Of a stretch of DNA of 64,000 bases, positions 42,860-52,301 are shown in pieces. The translations under genes were made by a program, and so were the position numbers. The notes beneath the pieces were generated by a model. That model was not told where the DNA came from. It saw nothing but the letters and a program-made list of their open reading frames with translations, and did not search any database. Each line of letters starts with the position of its first letter. Within the stretch, counting starts at the first letter, position 1. The stretch spans positions 59,463 to 123,462 of the forward strand of contig JASGFX010000001.1 in the NCBI GenBank assembly GCA_047605325.1, in the 5' to 3' direction. Source of the stretch: Solirubrobacterales bacterium. GTDB lineage: Bacteria > Actinomycetota > Thermoleophilia > Solirubrobacterales > JACPNS01.

Positions 42860-44803
42860 ATGAAGTACTTCGCCGTCGCACTGATCACCGCCCTCATGCT
42901 CGCCCTCTCCGCTGCCGCGGCCTCGGCCAACGGACTCTGCGTCGGCGCTTCCGCCTACTGCGCCTCCGGCGCCGAGTACCCGCGCACAGCTGACGGTCTC
43001 GCGAGCGCCGTCGCCGCCGCCAACTCTCCCACCTACCCGGGCCAGGACTTCATCTACGTGGCGCCGGGCACGATCGACCTCGACTCGACGATTTCCGTCA
43101 GTCCGTCGACCAACGAGGATGTGACGATCATCGGCTCCGGGATCGACAAGACGATCTTCCACTCGTCGAGGGCCAGCGGCGCGATGCTCACTCTGTTCGG
43201 TGCCAACGCGCTCGCCTCGCTGACCGACGCGACATTCAAGCTCGATGGCGACCCGACCGCGTCACGCCAGGCACTGAGCGGGAACGCGGCCCAGATCAGC
43301 CGCGTGAAGTTCGAACTCAGCTCGGTCGGCGGCTTCTCGACGGAAGGCTTCCAGGGCGGCGGTGTCTGTCACAACTGCGAGTTCATCCTCGGCGGAGACG
43401 GCGCTGAGGCCGGTTACGGCAGCGGGAATCTGACCTTCTACGACACGAGCGTGAGCACGGTCGGCGACCCGACCGGCACGAGCGGCTTCCGGATGGGCGG
43501 AGGCGCGAACCTCTCCGTCTTCTCGAGCACGGTCTCGGACGTCGCCACGGGGCTCTCGACCGACAACGGGACGCTGATCTTCACCGACAGCGTGCTCGAC
43601 ATGGGCGACGTCACCTACGCACGCGGTATCAACGCCGACAACCCGAACAACCCGTCGAACAACGCGGTCGGCGCTTACGTCTACAGCTCGACGATCGTCG
43701 GCACCGGCGAGGGGCAGATCGCGGTGAGGGGCGACGCGCGCTCGACGGCGGCCCCGGGCGAGACCTTGAACCTCTACGTGAGGGACTCGATCCTGCTCAC
43801 GAAGGGCAGCGACTCGAAAGACATCCAGTGCAACGAGGGGATCAACGGTTCGTCGAACATGACGACGATCAACGATCTGTACGGCGTGGCACGCTTCCAG
43901 GCCGACGCCGGCTGCAGCTACAGCTCGACCAACCCGAACCCGGGCGACAGCTACACCTACGACGACATCTTCGTGAACGCCGCGGCCGGCGACTTCCGCC
44001 TGAAGAAGCCGGTCAGCCCGGCGACCAACCCGGCGATCGACACCGGCAACACCAGCACGATCTGCGACCAGAGCTTCGACCTGCTCGGCAACACCCGCTG
44101 CGTCAACTCCGTCACGCTGCTGCCGCAGGACGGCAAGATCGACATCGGAGCGGTCGAGTACCAGAACTACCGCCCGGACACGCCCGTGATCACGGCACCC
44201 TCAAGCGGGGTCGCCGGGCAGCCGCTGAGCTTCTCGGCCATCGCCTTCGACGCCAACGGCGACCCGCTCGAGTACGCCTGGAACTTCGGCGACGACACCG
44301 GTGAGATCATCGGCGACGCTCCGAGTCACACCTACGTGACGCCCGGCAGCTACACGGTCCGCGTGCATTCGCAGGAACTCAATGGCGGGCACGACAGCGT
44401 GAAGGCCGCCACCGCGACTGTCACGATCACGGCGCCGCCGGTCGTCACCAACCCGATCATCCCGGGGATCACGCTCACGCTGAAGAAGCCGGCGAAGTCG
44501 ATCAAGTTCAAGAAGGGCGCGAAGCTGAAGAACGGCTTCAAGGCGAGCGCGAAGAAGCCGAAGACGCCGTTCTTCCTTGCGACCGCGAGCGCGAAGGTCA
44601 CGGGCACGATCAAGCTCTACGACAAGAAGGGCAAGGCCATGAAGGGTTCGCAGAAGCTCACCCTCGCGGCCGGCAAGAGCTACCTGACCTTCGGCGGCAA
44701 GTGGAACAACCGCAAGGTTCCCAAGGGCCGGTACACGATCAAGTTCGTCTGGGATTCAACGCTGCCGGACTCGCCGAAGTCCGTCATGAACATCGTTCGC
44801 TAG
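42860..44803 (+). CDS. secreted beta-helix / PKD-domain protein with Lys-rich C-terminal module (paralog 1)
   Basis: Signal peptide MKYFAVALITALMLALSAAAASA. Gly/Ser/Thr/Asn-rich beta-helix-like repeats. DFRLKKPVSPATNPAIDTG...IDIGAVEYQ. PKD-like AWNFGDDTG...HTYVTPGSYTVRV. Lys-rich tail. Confidence 0.8.
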   Translation: MKYFAVALITALMLALSAAAASANGLCVGASAYCASGAEYPRTADGLASAVAAANSPTYPGQDFIYVAPGTIDLDSTISVSPSTNEDVTIIGSGIDKTIFHSSRASGAMLTLFGANALASLTDATFKLDGDPTASRQALSGNAAQISRVKFELSSVGGFSTEGFQGGGVCHNCEFILGGDGAEAGYGSGNLTFYDTSVSTVGDPTGTSGFRMGGGANLSVFSSTVSDVATGLSTDNGTLIFTDSVLDMGDVTYARGINADNPNNPSNNAVGAYVYSSTIVGTGEGQIAVRGDARSTAAPGETLNLYVRDSILLTKGSDSKDIQCNEGINGSSNMTTINDLYGVARFQADAGCSYSSTNPNPGDSYTYDDIFVNAAAGDFRLKKPVSPATNPAIDTGNTSTICDQSFDLLGNTRCVNSVTLLPQDGKIDIGAVEYQNYRPDTPVITAPSSGVAGQPLSFSAIAFDANGDPLEYAWNFGDDTGEIIGDAPSHTYVTPGSYTVRVHSQELNGGHDSVKAATATVTITAPPVVTNPIIPGITLTLKKPAKSIKFKKGAKLKNGFKASAKKPKTPFFLATASAKVTGTIKLYDKKGKAMKGSQKLTLAAGKSYLTFGGKWNNRKVPKGRYTIKFVWDSTLPDSPKSVMNIVR

Positions 44804-45354
44804 TCGCGGTATTTGACGCTGCAGCCGACCGACTCGGTCTCTGCAGTCGCGGGCGCGCCGCCGGCCAGCACGGCGTCGAGCGCGTCGCGCAGGTACTGGG
44901 CGTTCTGCGACTCGTCCTCGTAGTCGGCGTCGGGCGCGCCGCGATAGACGAGCTCGTTGTCGCCGTTGAAGACAAAGACGTCGGGGGTCGTGAGCGCGCC
45001 GTATGCGCGAGCGACGTCCTGCGATTCGTCGCGCAGGTAGGGGAAGGGCCACGGGTTCTCGGCAAGGCGGGCCTTCATCGCGTCGAACGAGTCGGCCGGC
45101 TTGGCGACCGCGTCGTTGGAGTTGATCGCCAGAAAGCGCACGCCGTGGTGCTGGTACTCAGTGCCGACGGCCAGCAGACGATCTTCCCAGGCAAGCGCGT
45201 AGGGGCAGTGGTTGCAGGTGAAGATCACGACCGTCGCGCCTTCGTCCTCGTTGCCGTAGGCGTGCTGGTGCCCGTCGGTGCCGGGCAGCATGAAGACGGG
45301 GGCGGGGTCGCCGAGCTGGAGGGTGCCCTCTGTGTCACTGGCCTTTGCGCGCAT
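44800..45354 (-). CDS. thioredoxin-fold protein (AhpC/TSA-like, CxxC)
   Basis: VVIFTCNHCPYALAW active-site-like motif in a thioredoxin-fold context (TTPDVFVF). No signal peptide. Confidence 0.8.
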   Translation of the reverse strand: MRAKASDTEGTLQLGDPAPVFMLPGTDGHQHAYGNEDEGATVVIFTCNHCPYALAWEDRLLAVGTEYQHHGVRFLAINSNDAVAKPADSFDAMKARLAENPWPFPYLRDESQDVARAYGALTTPDVFVFNGDNELVYRGAPDADYEDESQNAQYLRDALDAVLAGGAPATAETESVGCSVKYRD

Positions 45355-45655
45355 GGCTTGCGAGTGCCTCTTTCAAGTCGTCGTTGTCGGGGAGGGGCGA
45401 CGGCCGTCCGTCGCGGTGGTAGTAGAGCCTGCAGTCGAGACCATAGGGCTGCTCGCCCGGGTCCGCAACATCTTCGCCGTCGATCCGGATCGTCGGCGAA
45501 CCGATGAAGCGCTCGCGCTCGGCGTCTTCCTCTGTGAAGATCTCGCGGATCTCGAGTTCTTCGGGGGCGATCGCCTGCTCGTCCATTGCCGCGCGCAGCA
45601 GGGAGAGCGCGCGTTCGTGCGACGGGCAGCCTTCCCAGAAAAGGAACTCGATCAA
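45335..45655 (-). CDS. small thioredoxin-like fold protein (CPSH motif)
   Basis: 106 aa from TTG 45655, overlapping the upstream stop (TTGA). IEFLFWEGCPSHERAL then GSPTIRIDGEDV, a glutaredoxin/thioredoxin-like pattern. Confidence 0.55.
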   Translation of the reverse strand: MIEFLFWEGCPSHERALSLLRAAMDEQAIAPEELEIREIFTEEDAERERFIGSPTIRIDGEDVADPGEQPYGLDCRLYYHRDGRPSPLPDNDDLKEALASHARKGQ

Positions 45656-45954
45656 CTGACGAACGGGGTGCGCTCGGGCGTGATCGGCGCCTCGATCGGG
45701 ATCTGCTCGGGCGCCTCGGCGAACTCCTGGACGGCTTCCTCGATGCCGTTGGCCGATCCCTCGCACTGGATGCGAAAGCGCTCGGGCTGGATGTCATCGT
45801 CGGCGACGACCGGCACACCGGCCACGTCATCCCAGTCGAAGCGCTCCTTGTCGAAGTGGCTGACGAGGATCGCCTGGGCCGGCATCGGGCAGGAGGCGTC
45901 GTGGTGCTGGAGGCCCTTGACGATGTTTTCGAGCATTTTGGCTTCGAGTGACAT
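45652..45954 (-). CDS. hypothetical acidic protein
   Basis: About 100 aa from ATG 45954 (MSLEAKMLENIV). First gene of the three overlapping minus-strand ORFs. Confidence 0.45.
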   Translation of the reverse strand: MSLEAKMLENIVKGLQHHDASCPMPAQAILVSHFDKERFDWDDVAGVPVVADDDIQPERFRIQCEGSANGIEEAVQEFAEAPEQIPIEAPITPERTPFVS

Positions 45955-46026
45955 TCCAACGATGAGTCTACGGGAGGCCCTATTCTGGAACCCCACTCGT
46001 TACCGACTTCGGAGTAGTCCACCATC

Positions 46027-48024
46027 ATGCGCGCTCGCCTCTTCTTGCTCACCTTTGCCTCGATCCTCGCCTGCGCCACCTCTGCGGCGACGGCATCTGC
46101 GGCGAACTTCTGTGTCGGCACCAGCGCCCATTGCCTCGGGGCGCCGTCGAACAGTTTCCCCGCGACCGAGCAGGGCCTTGAAAGCGCGCTGGCGGACGCA
46201 GAGGCGGCCAGCACGGCCGACACGATCTACATCGCCGCCGGCGATCCGGTCGTCGTCTCCAAGGGGCTCTCGATCCACGCGCCGGAGGACAACCCCGTCA
46301 CGATCACCGGCGAGGGCACTCACGATTCGACGCTGAGCTTCACGAATCAGGTCGGGGTGGGGCTCGACATCGACACCGACGACGGCGAGAACAGCTCGGT
46401 CTCGAGCCTGATCGTGCGGGTCGGCGGACCGGTGGCCACCGGCGATCGCACCGGCATCAGGATGGAGAAGGGCACGGTCAGCGACGTGAACTTCATCGTC
46501 GACGGCGAGAGCGACACGAACGAGCCGACTTCCGGCCTCACGCTCAAGGGCGGCGGCCTCTGCACATACTGCGACTTCGCGATGCTCCACGACCGCGGAA
46601 TCGGACTCGAGACCACCGTTGGTGGACGCGTGACGCTCAGCAGGTTTCGCGACGCCAGCGGTGCTGACGACGAGACCGTCGGAATCATCTCCGGCGGGCC
46701 GGGGTCGGTCAACGTCAGACAGTCGCGATTCGTCGAGCTCGGCACCTCAGTGAACGTCCGCAACGGCGGCGTCCAGCTCTACGACTCGGCGATCGACATG
46801 GGTGGTCACGATGATGCGACGGGCGTCGTCGTGAACAACCCCGACCTGACTGCAAACCACAGCTCCGCGACGATCAACGGCGCGACGATCGTCGGCGACG
46901 GTGACGATCAGACCGGCATCGACGTCGAGGCCGCGACCAACAAGGTGGCCGGTGAGTACGCGACGGTCACGCTCTGGAACTCGCTGCTGCTGCTCGCCGG
47001 CACTTCGGCGACCACCGCTTACTGCGCCGACGACGGGAGCCTTGGCATCGCCACATTCAATTCGGGCTTCAGCTACCTGAAGGAGGGCACGCCCACGTCT
47101 TCTGGCTGCAGCAGCTCATCGACCAGCGACACTTTCTACACCAGCGCCTCGCCGTACCACACATTTGTGAACTGGGACGCGGGCGATCTGCGCCTGAAGC
47201 CGACCGCCGACGCTCAGATCGACAAGGGCGACCCCGACACCCCGAAGGACGATCGCGGCTACGACCTGATTCTCTCGCCGCGCTTCCAGGATGGCAGTAA
47301 CTCTGGCACCGCGACGATCGACATCGGAGCGTACGAGTACGGGCCTTACGCGCCGGACACGCCGCAGGTCTCAGCTTCTGCGACCACAGTTGAAACTGGC
47401 ACCGCAGTCGATTTCCAAGCGACCGGATTCGACGCGAACGGCGACGTGCTCTCGTATGCGTGGGACTTCGATGACGGATCCTCGTCAAGCGAGCAGAACC
47501 CCACGCACGTCTTCTCGAAAGCGGGAACATTCACGGTCGAGGTGCGAACCAACGACGGCGCGTTGGCATCGCTGCCCGCGAGCGTCACGATCACGGTGAC
47601 TGCTCCGGCGGCGCCGAGCGGCCCGAAGAGCGACTGCTGTCAGGCCGGCGCCGGGCGGGTCAGCTTCGCCAAGACTTCGGCGAAGTTCAAGTTCACCAAG
47701 AAGCAGAAGCTGGGGAACGGCTTTGCCGTCAGCACCAAGAAGCCCAAGGGGGCGTCATACAAGGTGACGACAGAGGGCTCCTGGCGGAAGCTGAATATCA
47801 CGCTCACGAACTCAAAGGGCAAGAAGCTGAAGGGCTCGCAGACGGTGACCTTCCCGCAGGGCACGAGCTACCTGACCTTCCGCGGCGGCTGGAACAAAAA
47901 GCCGCTGCCCAAGGGCACGTACTACCAGCGACTGATCGACATCGGTACGAACACACTGGTCTCCAAGCTCACGCTGAACAACTCGATGCCGAGCCGGCTG
48001 TCGATGACACCGACCACGACGTAG
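46027..48024 (+). CDS. secreted beta-helix / PKD-domain protein with Lys-rich C-terminal module (paralog 2)
   Basis: Signal peptide MRARLFLLTFASILACATSAATASA. Same architecture as 42860..44803: NFCVGTSAHC, LCTYCDF, DLRLKPTADAQIDKGDP, IDIGAYEYG, AWDFDDGSSS...HVFSKAGTFTVEV, and the KGSQTVTFPQGTSYLTFRGGWNKKPLPKGTY tail. Confidence 0.8.
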   Translation: MRARLFLLTFASILACATSAATASAANFCVGTSAHCLGAPSNSFPATEQGLESALADAEAASTADTIYIAAGDPVVVSKGLSIHAPEDNPVTITGEGTHDSTLSFTNQVGVGLDIDTDDGENSSVSSLIVRVGGPVATGDRTGIRMEKGTVSDVNFIVDGESDTNEPTSGLTLKGGGLCTYCDFAMLHDRGIGLETTVGGRVTLSRFRDASGADDETVGIISGGPGSVNVRQSRFVELGTSVNVRNGGVQLYDSAIDMGGHDDATGVVVNNPDLTANHSSATINGATIVGDGDDQTGIDVEAATNKVAGEYATVTLWNSLLLLAGTSATTAYCADDGSLGIATFNSGFSYLKEGTPTSSGCSSSSTSDTFYTSASPYHTFVNWDAGDLRLKPTADAQIDKGDPDTPKDDRGYDLILSPRFQDGSNSGTATIDIGAYEYGPYAPDTPQVSASATTVETGTAVDFQATGFDANGDVLSYAWDFDDGSSSSEQNPTHVFSKAGTFTVEVRTNDGALASLPASVTITVTAPAAPSGPKSDCCQAGAGRVSFAKTSAKFKFTKKQKLGNGFAVSTKKPKGASYKVTTEGSWRKLNITLTNSKGKKLKGSQTVTFPQGTSYLTFRGGWNKKPLPKGTYYQRLIDIGTNTLVSKLTLNNSMPSRLSMTPTTT

Positions 48025-48041
48025 CGGCGGGGGCTGCCGGG

Positions 48042-48749
48042 CTACTTGGCGGTGTAGACGTACGTCTTCGCCGTGCCGCCCTGGGTCCAGCTGACGGTCG
48101 ACTGGGTCGGCGAGTCGTAGGTGACCTTCACGGCCTTCAGCTCGGCGAGGCTCGCGCCGGGCGCGGCGAGGTCGATCTTGCCCGTGTAGCCGAAATCTCC
48201 GGATCCCGAGATCGTCAGATACGGCGCGCCGTTCTTGGTGTAGGCGGCGGCCCACACGCAGTTCTTGGCGATTGCGATGTTCTGCACGGCGATCGCTTCG
48301 CTGGTGTCGCCGAGTCGCGCGGTCTGGGTCTGCTCCGGATACGCAGAGCCCTTGCGGAAGAACTTGAACGGGACGATCTTCACGTACTTCCAGTTCGAGT
48401 CGTAGCGCGTGCTCGGTGCCTGCTCGGAATACCAGACCGCGCAGTTCTTCTTGGCGACGCGCAGGTGGCTGGTCTTCTTGATGCCGTCCCAGGCGGCGAT
48501 GCCCCCGTCGAACTTCGGCGACTCGCTGCAGAAGTAGTACTCGGTCGGGCGCTTGGTGACGTAGAGGAAGAACTTCGCGCTCTTGTCCTTGGAGACGAGT
48601 TTGCCTTTGGCCTTCTTGCCCTTCTTCTGGCAGTAGGAGAGCTTCTTCTTCGCGATCTGGGCGCTGGGGCCGGTCTGGTCGGCGCTTGCGGCGACCGGGA
48701 TCGCGAGAGCGGAGACGGCGAGCAGCGGAACGAGCGATCGAATCTTCAT
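48042..48749 (-). CDS. secreted hypothetical protein, Lys-rich N-terminal region
   Basis: Signal peptide MKIRSLVPLLAVSALAIPVAASA from ATG 48749. Four Cys. No known motif. Confidence 0.6.
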   Translation of the reverse strand: MKIRSLVPLLAVSALAIPVAASADQTGPSAQIAKKKLSYCQKKGKKAKGKLVSKDKSAKFFLYVTKRPTEYYFCSESPKFDGGIAAWDGIKKTSHLRVAKKNCAVWYSEQAPSTRYDSNWKYVKIVPFKFFRKGSAYPEQTQTARLGDTSEAIAVQNIAIAKNCVWAAAYTKNGAPYLTISGSGDFGYTGKIDLAAPGASLAELKAVKVTYDSPTQSTVSWTQGGTAKTYVYTAK

Positions 48750-48796
48750 GCGCGGCAATCTACCGAACAGTCGGCAACGCGTCCGCACCGCCCGAG

Positions 48797-50071
48797 CTAG
48801 GCGGCGCTGACGCCTTCGATCTCGCCCGGTTGCTCATGCAGCTTGCGCTGACGCAGTTCGCCGAGCTCGACCGGGTCGCCGCCGATCGCGATGCCGTGCT
48901 CGCAGGCGGCGATGCAGTCGGCGATGTTGCCGGTGCGGTCGAGCGCGTGGGCGATCGCCGTCCAGACTTGCGGGGATGTTTCATCGAGCCGCTTGGCCGT
49001 CTGGGCCGACTCGAGTGACTGCGCGTTCTCACCGAGCAGGTGGTCGGCGAGCGAGAGATCGAGCAACACGTCGACCGTCACGTCCTCGGAGCGGCGCGCG
49101 CGGGTCAGCGCCTCGCGAGCCGCTTCGGGCTGGAGCAGGCGCAGCCGCAGCGCGCCCAGACGCGCCCATGCGCTGCCGTCGCGCGGACTCGTCGCGCACT
49201 CGCGCTCGGCCGACTCGGCGGCGAGCTCGTAGAGGCCCATCGCCTCATACAGCCGGGCGGCGTAGCGGTGCGGCGCCGGGCGGCCGGGCTCGACCCGTAC
49301 CCATGCGCGCACGGATCTGGCGGCGGCCTCCATGTCGCCGGCCTGCCAGAAGGCGACCGTCATCAGACGGTGGATCGTCGGGTCGGTCTCGTCGGCGTCG
49401 CGCGCGTAGATCAGGCGCTCTGCGGCGAGTGCGTAGTCACCTTCAGCCATCGCGTGTTCGGCGCTGAGCAGAAACCGGCGGGCGCGGTCCTTCGCCTCGT
49501 CGGGCTTGCCGAACTCGACGAAGTCGAGTGTGCCGGCCGGCACGGTGCGCACGCCCGGTTCGAAGTCGACACGCGCCCACTGCTGGACGTTGTCGCCTTC
49601 GCCGGTGAAGTAGATGCCGAGGATGCTGCCGACACCCCACTCGGGGTAGGCGTTGCAGCGGGCGTAGCGATAGACCACCGAGTGGTCTGGGACCTGCGAG
49701 TGGAAGGGGTCGTTCTTCTGCTGGTCGGCGCGCTGCTCGGCCTCGCGCTGCTGCTGCTCGTAGGCGCGACGGCCCTCTTCGGCGCGGCGTTTTCTCGCGG
49801 CGTCGGCGCTCGCGCGCAGTGCATTGGCCGTGATCGAACCCTTGGGCATCGTCTCGAGCAGCGACTCGAGGTCGTCTGCCGCCTTGTTCAGGACCTTGAG
49901 GTGATCCTCGTGGGCCTGGCGTTTGCCGGGCGGAGCGATGTCCGGGTGCCAGCGCTTGGCCATCTTCTTTCTGGCCTGCTGCACGTCTTCCAGGCCGAAC
50001 GGAGCCTCGAGTTCGAGCAGCATCGAGAGCTGTTCGATGTCGAGGATCACTGATGACGGCGAGTAGGACAT
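48797..50071 (-). CDS. J-domain (DnaJ-like) protein with C-terminal TPR-like repeats
   Basis: KKMAKRWHPDIAP (HPD tripeptide). C-terminal Ala/Leu-rich helical repeats (GDYALAAERLIYA, GDMEAAARSVRAW, YELAAESAEREC). Confidence 0.7.
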   Translation of the reverse strand: MSYSPSSVILDIEQLSMLLELEAPFGLEDVQQARKKMAKRWHPDIAPPGKRQAHEDHLKVLNKAADDLESLLETMPKGSITANALRASADAARKRRAEEGRRAYEQQQREAEQRADQQKNDPFHSQVPDHSVVYRYARCNAYPEWGVGSILGIYFTGEGDNVQQWARVDFEPGVRTVPAGTLDFVEFGKPDEAKDRARRFLLSAEHAMAEGDYALAAERLIYARDADETDPTIHRLMTVAFWQAGDMEAAARSVRAWVRVEPGRPAPHRYAARLYEAMGLYELAAESAERECATSPRDGSAWARLGALRLRLLQPEAAREALTRARRSEDVTVDVLLDLSLADHLLGENAQSLESAQTAKRLDETSPQVWTAIAHALDRTGNIADCIAACEHGIAIGGDPVELGELRQRKLHEQPGEIEGVSAA

Positions 50072-50128
50072 GAAAGGGCATTTTACCTTCGCTCCTGCCC
50101 TCGGGGTCCGTAGCTAGGCTTGGCCGTG

Positions 50129-50935
50129 ATGAACGTCACCTCGATCGGAGCAGCTCAGCCCCCGGTACAGCACAAGGACCGTCGCGTCGCGCTCGTGGCC
50201 GGCGGCGCCGGAGGAATCGGCATCGAGGTCGCGCGCGAACTCCTGCTCGACAACATGGCCGTCGCGATCGGCGATCTCGATCCGCAGAAGGCAGCAGCAG
50301 CGGCCGGCGATCTGACGGCGAAGGTCGCCGGCAGCGAGGTGATCTGGGTCGAGCTGAACGTCACCGAACAGTCCTCGGTCGTGCGCGCGGTGAGCGAGGT
50401 GCAGCAGCGCCTCGGCCCGATCGACGCTCTGATCAACTCGGCCGGCTGGAACCATGCCCTGCCGCTCCTGAAGACCGACGAGGCCTACTGGAAGCAGATG
50501 ATCGACACCAACCTGATCGGCGGCATCCGCCTCACGCAGGCGGTGCTGGCCGGGATGATCGATCGCGGCTACGGACGCATCGTGCACATCGCCGGCGAGG
50601 CCGGTCGCGCGGGCGTCGCGGATCAGTCGCTGATGAGCGCGGCCAACGGCGGCACGATTGCGTTTGTGAAGGCGATGGCGCGCGAGGTGCTCGACAAGGG
50701 CGTCACCGTCAACTGCCTCTCACCGGGGCCGACTGCCACCCCGATGCTCGACCAGATGATCCAGTGGGCAGACGATGCGGCGCATATGGTCGCTTCGTTG
50801 CGCGGGGCTGTCCCGATGGGCCGTCTCGGTACGCCGGCGGATATCGCGCCAGTCGTCGCGTTTTTGGCGAGCGAGGGCGCAGGCTTTGTCACCGGGCAGA
50901 CGATCAGCGTCTCCGGCGGCATGACGATGGTCTGA
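50129..50935 (+). CDS. SDR family oxidoreductase (FabG-like)
   Basis: VAGGAGGIG cofactor motif, NSAG, and C-terminal TGQTISVSGGMTM. Start ATG 50129 or TTG 50120. Confidence 0.85.
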   Translation: MNVTSIGAAQPPVQHKDRRVALVAGGAGGIGIEVARELLLDNMAVAIGDLDPQKAAAAAGDLTAKVAGSEVIWVELNVTEQSSVVRAVSEVQQRLGPIDALINSAGWNHALPLLKTDEAYWKQMIDTNLIGGIRLTQAVLAGMIDRGYGRIVHIAGEAGRAGVADQSLMSAANGGTIAFVKAMAREVLDKGVTVNCLSPGPTATPMLDQMIQWADDAAHMVASLRGAVPMGRLGTPADIAPVVAFLASEGAGFVTGQTISVSGGMTMV

Positions 50936-51071
50936 GCCGGCGCAGCCGCGACGCCAAGCGGGAGTTTTGGACACACCTCTCCCCGAGGGACAGGTGTATC
51001 CACGAAGCTCGCGATTCGTGCTCGAGCCAAGCAGGGCCAGGTTTGAACGAGATCTTCGCTTGTGGCGGCCG

Positions 51072-52244
51072 TCAGCCGGCGGTCTTGATCACCGGCGCGT
51101 GCTGGGCGACCATCGGAAGCTCGAAGCCAAGTGGCTCGGCCGCTTCCTGGAAGATCGGCAGCTCGACGGGCGTGAGCGCGATGATCCCGCGCGCGGCGCT
51201 GCGGATCGCCTGGGCTGCCGGGTCGTCCGGGTTCGCAACCACCAGCGGAACGCCAGCGTCGGCCTGCTCGCGCAGCGGCTCGGAGAGCGGCGCCTTGGCC
51301 AGCAGCGGCACGTCCAGCTCGTCGGCCAGCTCCTGGCCGCCGCCCTCGCCGAAGATCGTGTAGCGCTCGCCGTCGGGAGTCGTGAAGCCGCTCATGTTCT
51401 CGATCACACCGATCACCTCGATGTTGACCTTTGCCGACATGTCGGCGCTGCGCTTGGCCACAGTCTGGGCGGCCGGCTGCGGTGTGGTCACGATCACGAA
51501 CTTGCTCTGCGGCAGTAGCTGCGCCAGAGTCATCGACACGTCGCCGGTGCCGGGCGGGAGGTCGAGCAGCAGGTAGTCGAGCTCGCCCCACTCGACGTCT
51601 TCGAGAAACTGCTGGATCGCCTTGTGCAGCATCGCGCCGCGCCAGACGACGGCCGCATTCTCCTCGATGAAGAATCCGATCGACATCAGCTTCAGGCCAC
51701 CGGCGGCCTCGACCGGCAGGATCTTCTGCTTGTCGTTGACCTTCGGGCGTTGGTGCACGCCGAGCATGCGCGGGATCGAGTAGCCGTAGACGTCGCAGTC
51801 GACGACCGCGACCTTGTTGCCCTCGAGCGCCAGCGCAGCCGCGAGATTCGCCGTCATCGTCGACTTGCCGACGCCGCCCTTGCCAGAGCCGACGCAGATC
51901 ACGTTGCGCACCTGGGCGAGCGCGCCCTCGGGCAGCGCTCCGCGACCGAGCTTGCTGCGCAGGTCGGCCTTCTCGGAATCGGAAAGCACGTCAAAGCCGA
52001 CGTTCACGACCTCGACGCCGTCGAGGCGCCCGGCGCTCTCGGAGACACCCTGCTGGAAGTGTGAGCGCACGGGGCAGCCGGGGGTGGTCAGCGAGATGAC
52101 GATGTCGACCACGCCATCGCCTTTGATGTCGACGGAGCGGACCATGCCGAGATCCACGATCGAGCGGCGCAGCTCGGGATCGATCACCGTGCGCAGCGAT
52201 TCGCGGATCTCTTCTTCTGTGGGCATGTTTGCGACGTCAGACAT
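51072..52244 (-). CDS. mrp: Mrp/NBP35 (ApbC) family Fe-S cluster carrier ATPase with N-terminal DUF59-like domain
   Basis: Deviant Walker A CVGSGKGGVGKST. N-terminal IRESLRTVIDPEL...TTPGCP. Confidence 0.92.
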   Translation of the reverse strand: MSDVANMPTEEEIRESLRTVIDPELRRSIVDLGMVRSVDIKGDGVVDIVISLTTPGCPVRSHFQQGVSESAGRLDGVEVVNVGFDVLSDSEKADLRSKLGRGALPEGALAQVRNVICVGSGKGGVGKSTMTANLAAALALEGNKVAVVDCDVYGYSIPRMLGVHQRPKVNDKQKILPVEAAGGLKLMSIGFFIEENAAVVWRGAMLHKAIQQFLEDVEWGELDYLLLDLPPGTGDVSMTLAQLLPQSKFVIVTTPQPAAQTVAKRSADMSAKVNIEVIGVIENMSGFTTPDGERYTIFGEGGGQELADELDVPLLAKAPLSEPLREQADAGVPLVVANPDDPAAQAIRSAARGIIALTPVELPIFQEAAEPLGFELPMVAQHAPVIKTAG

Positions 52245-52301
52245 GGCGCTGATTATCGCAGGCGCGTGTGCGCCACCGGACCGCAGTCCGCTACGCGCGG
52301 G

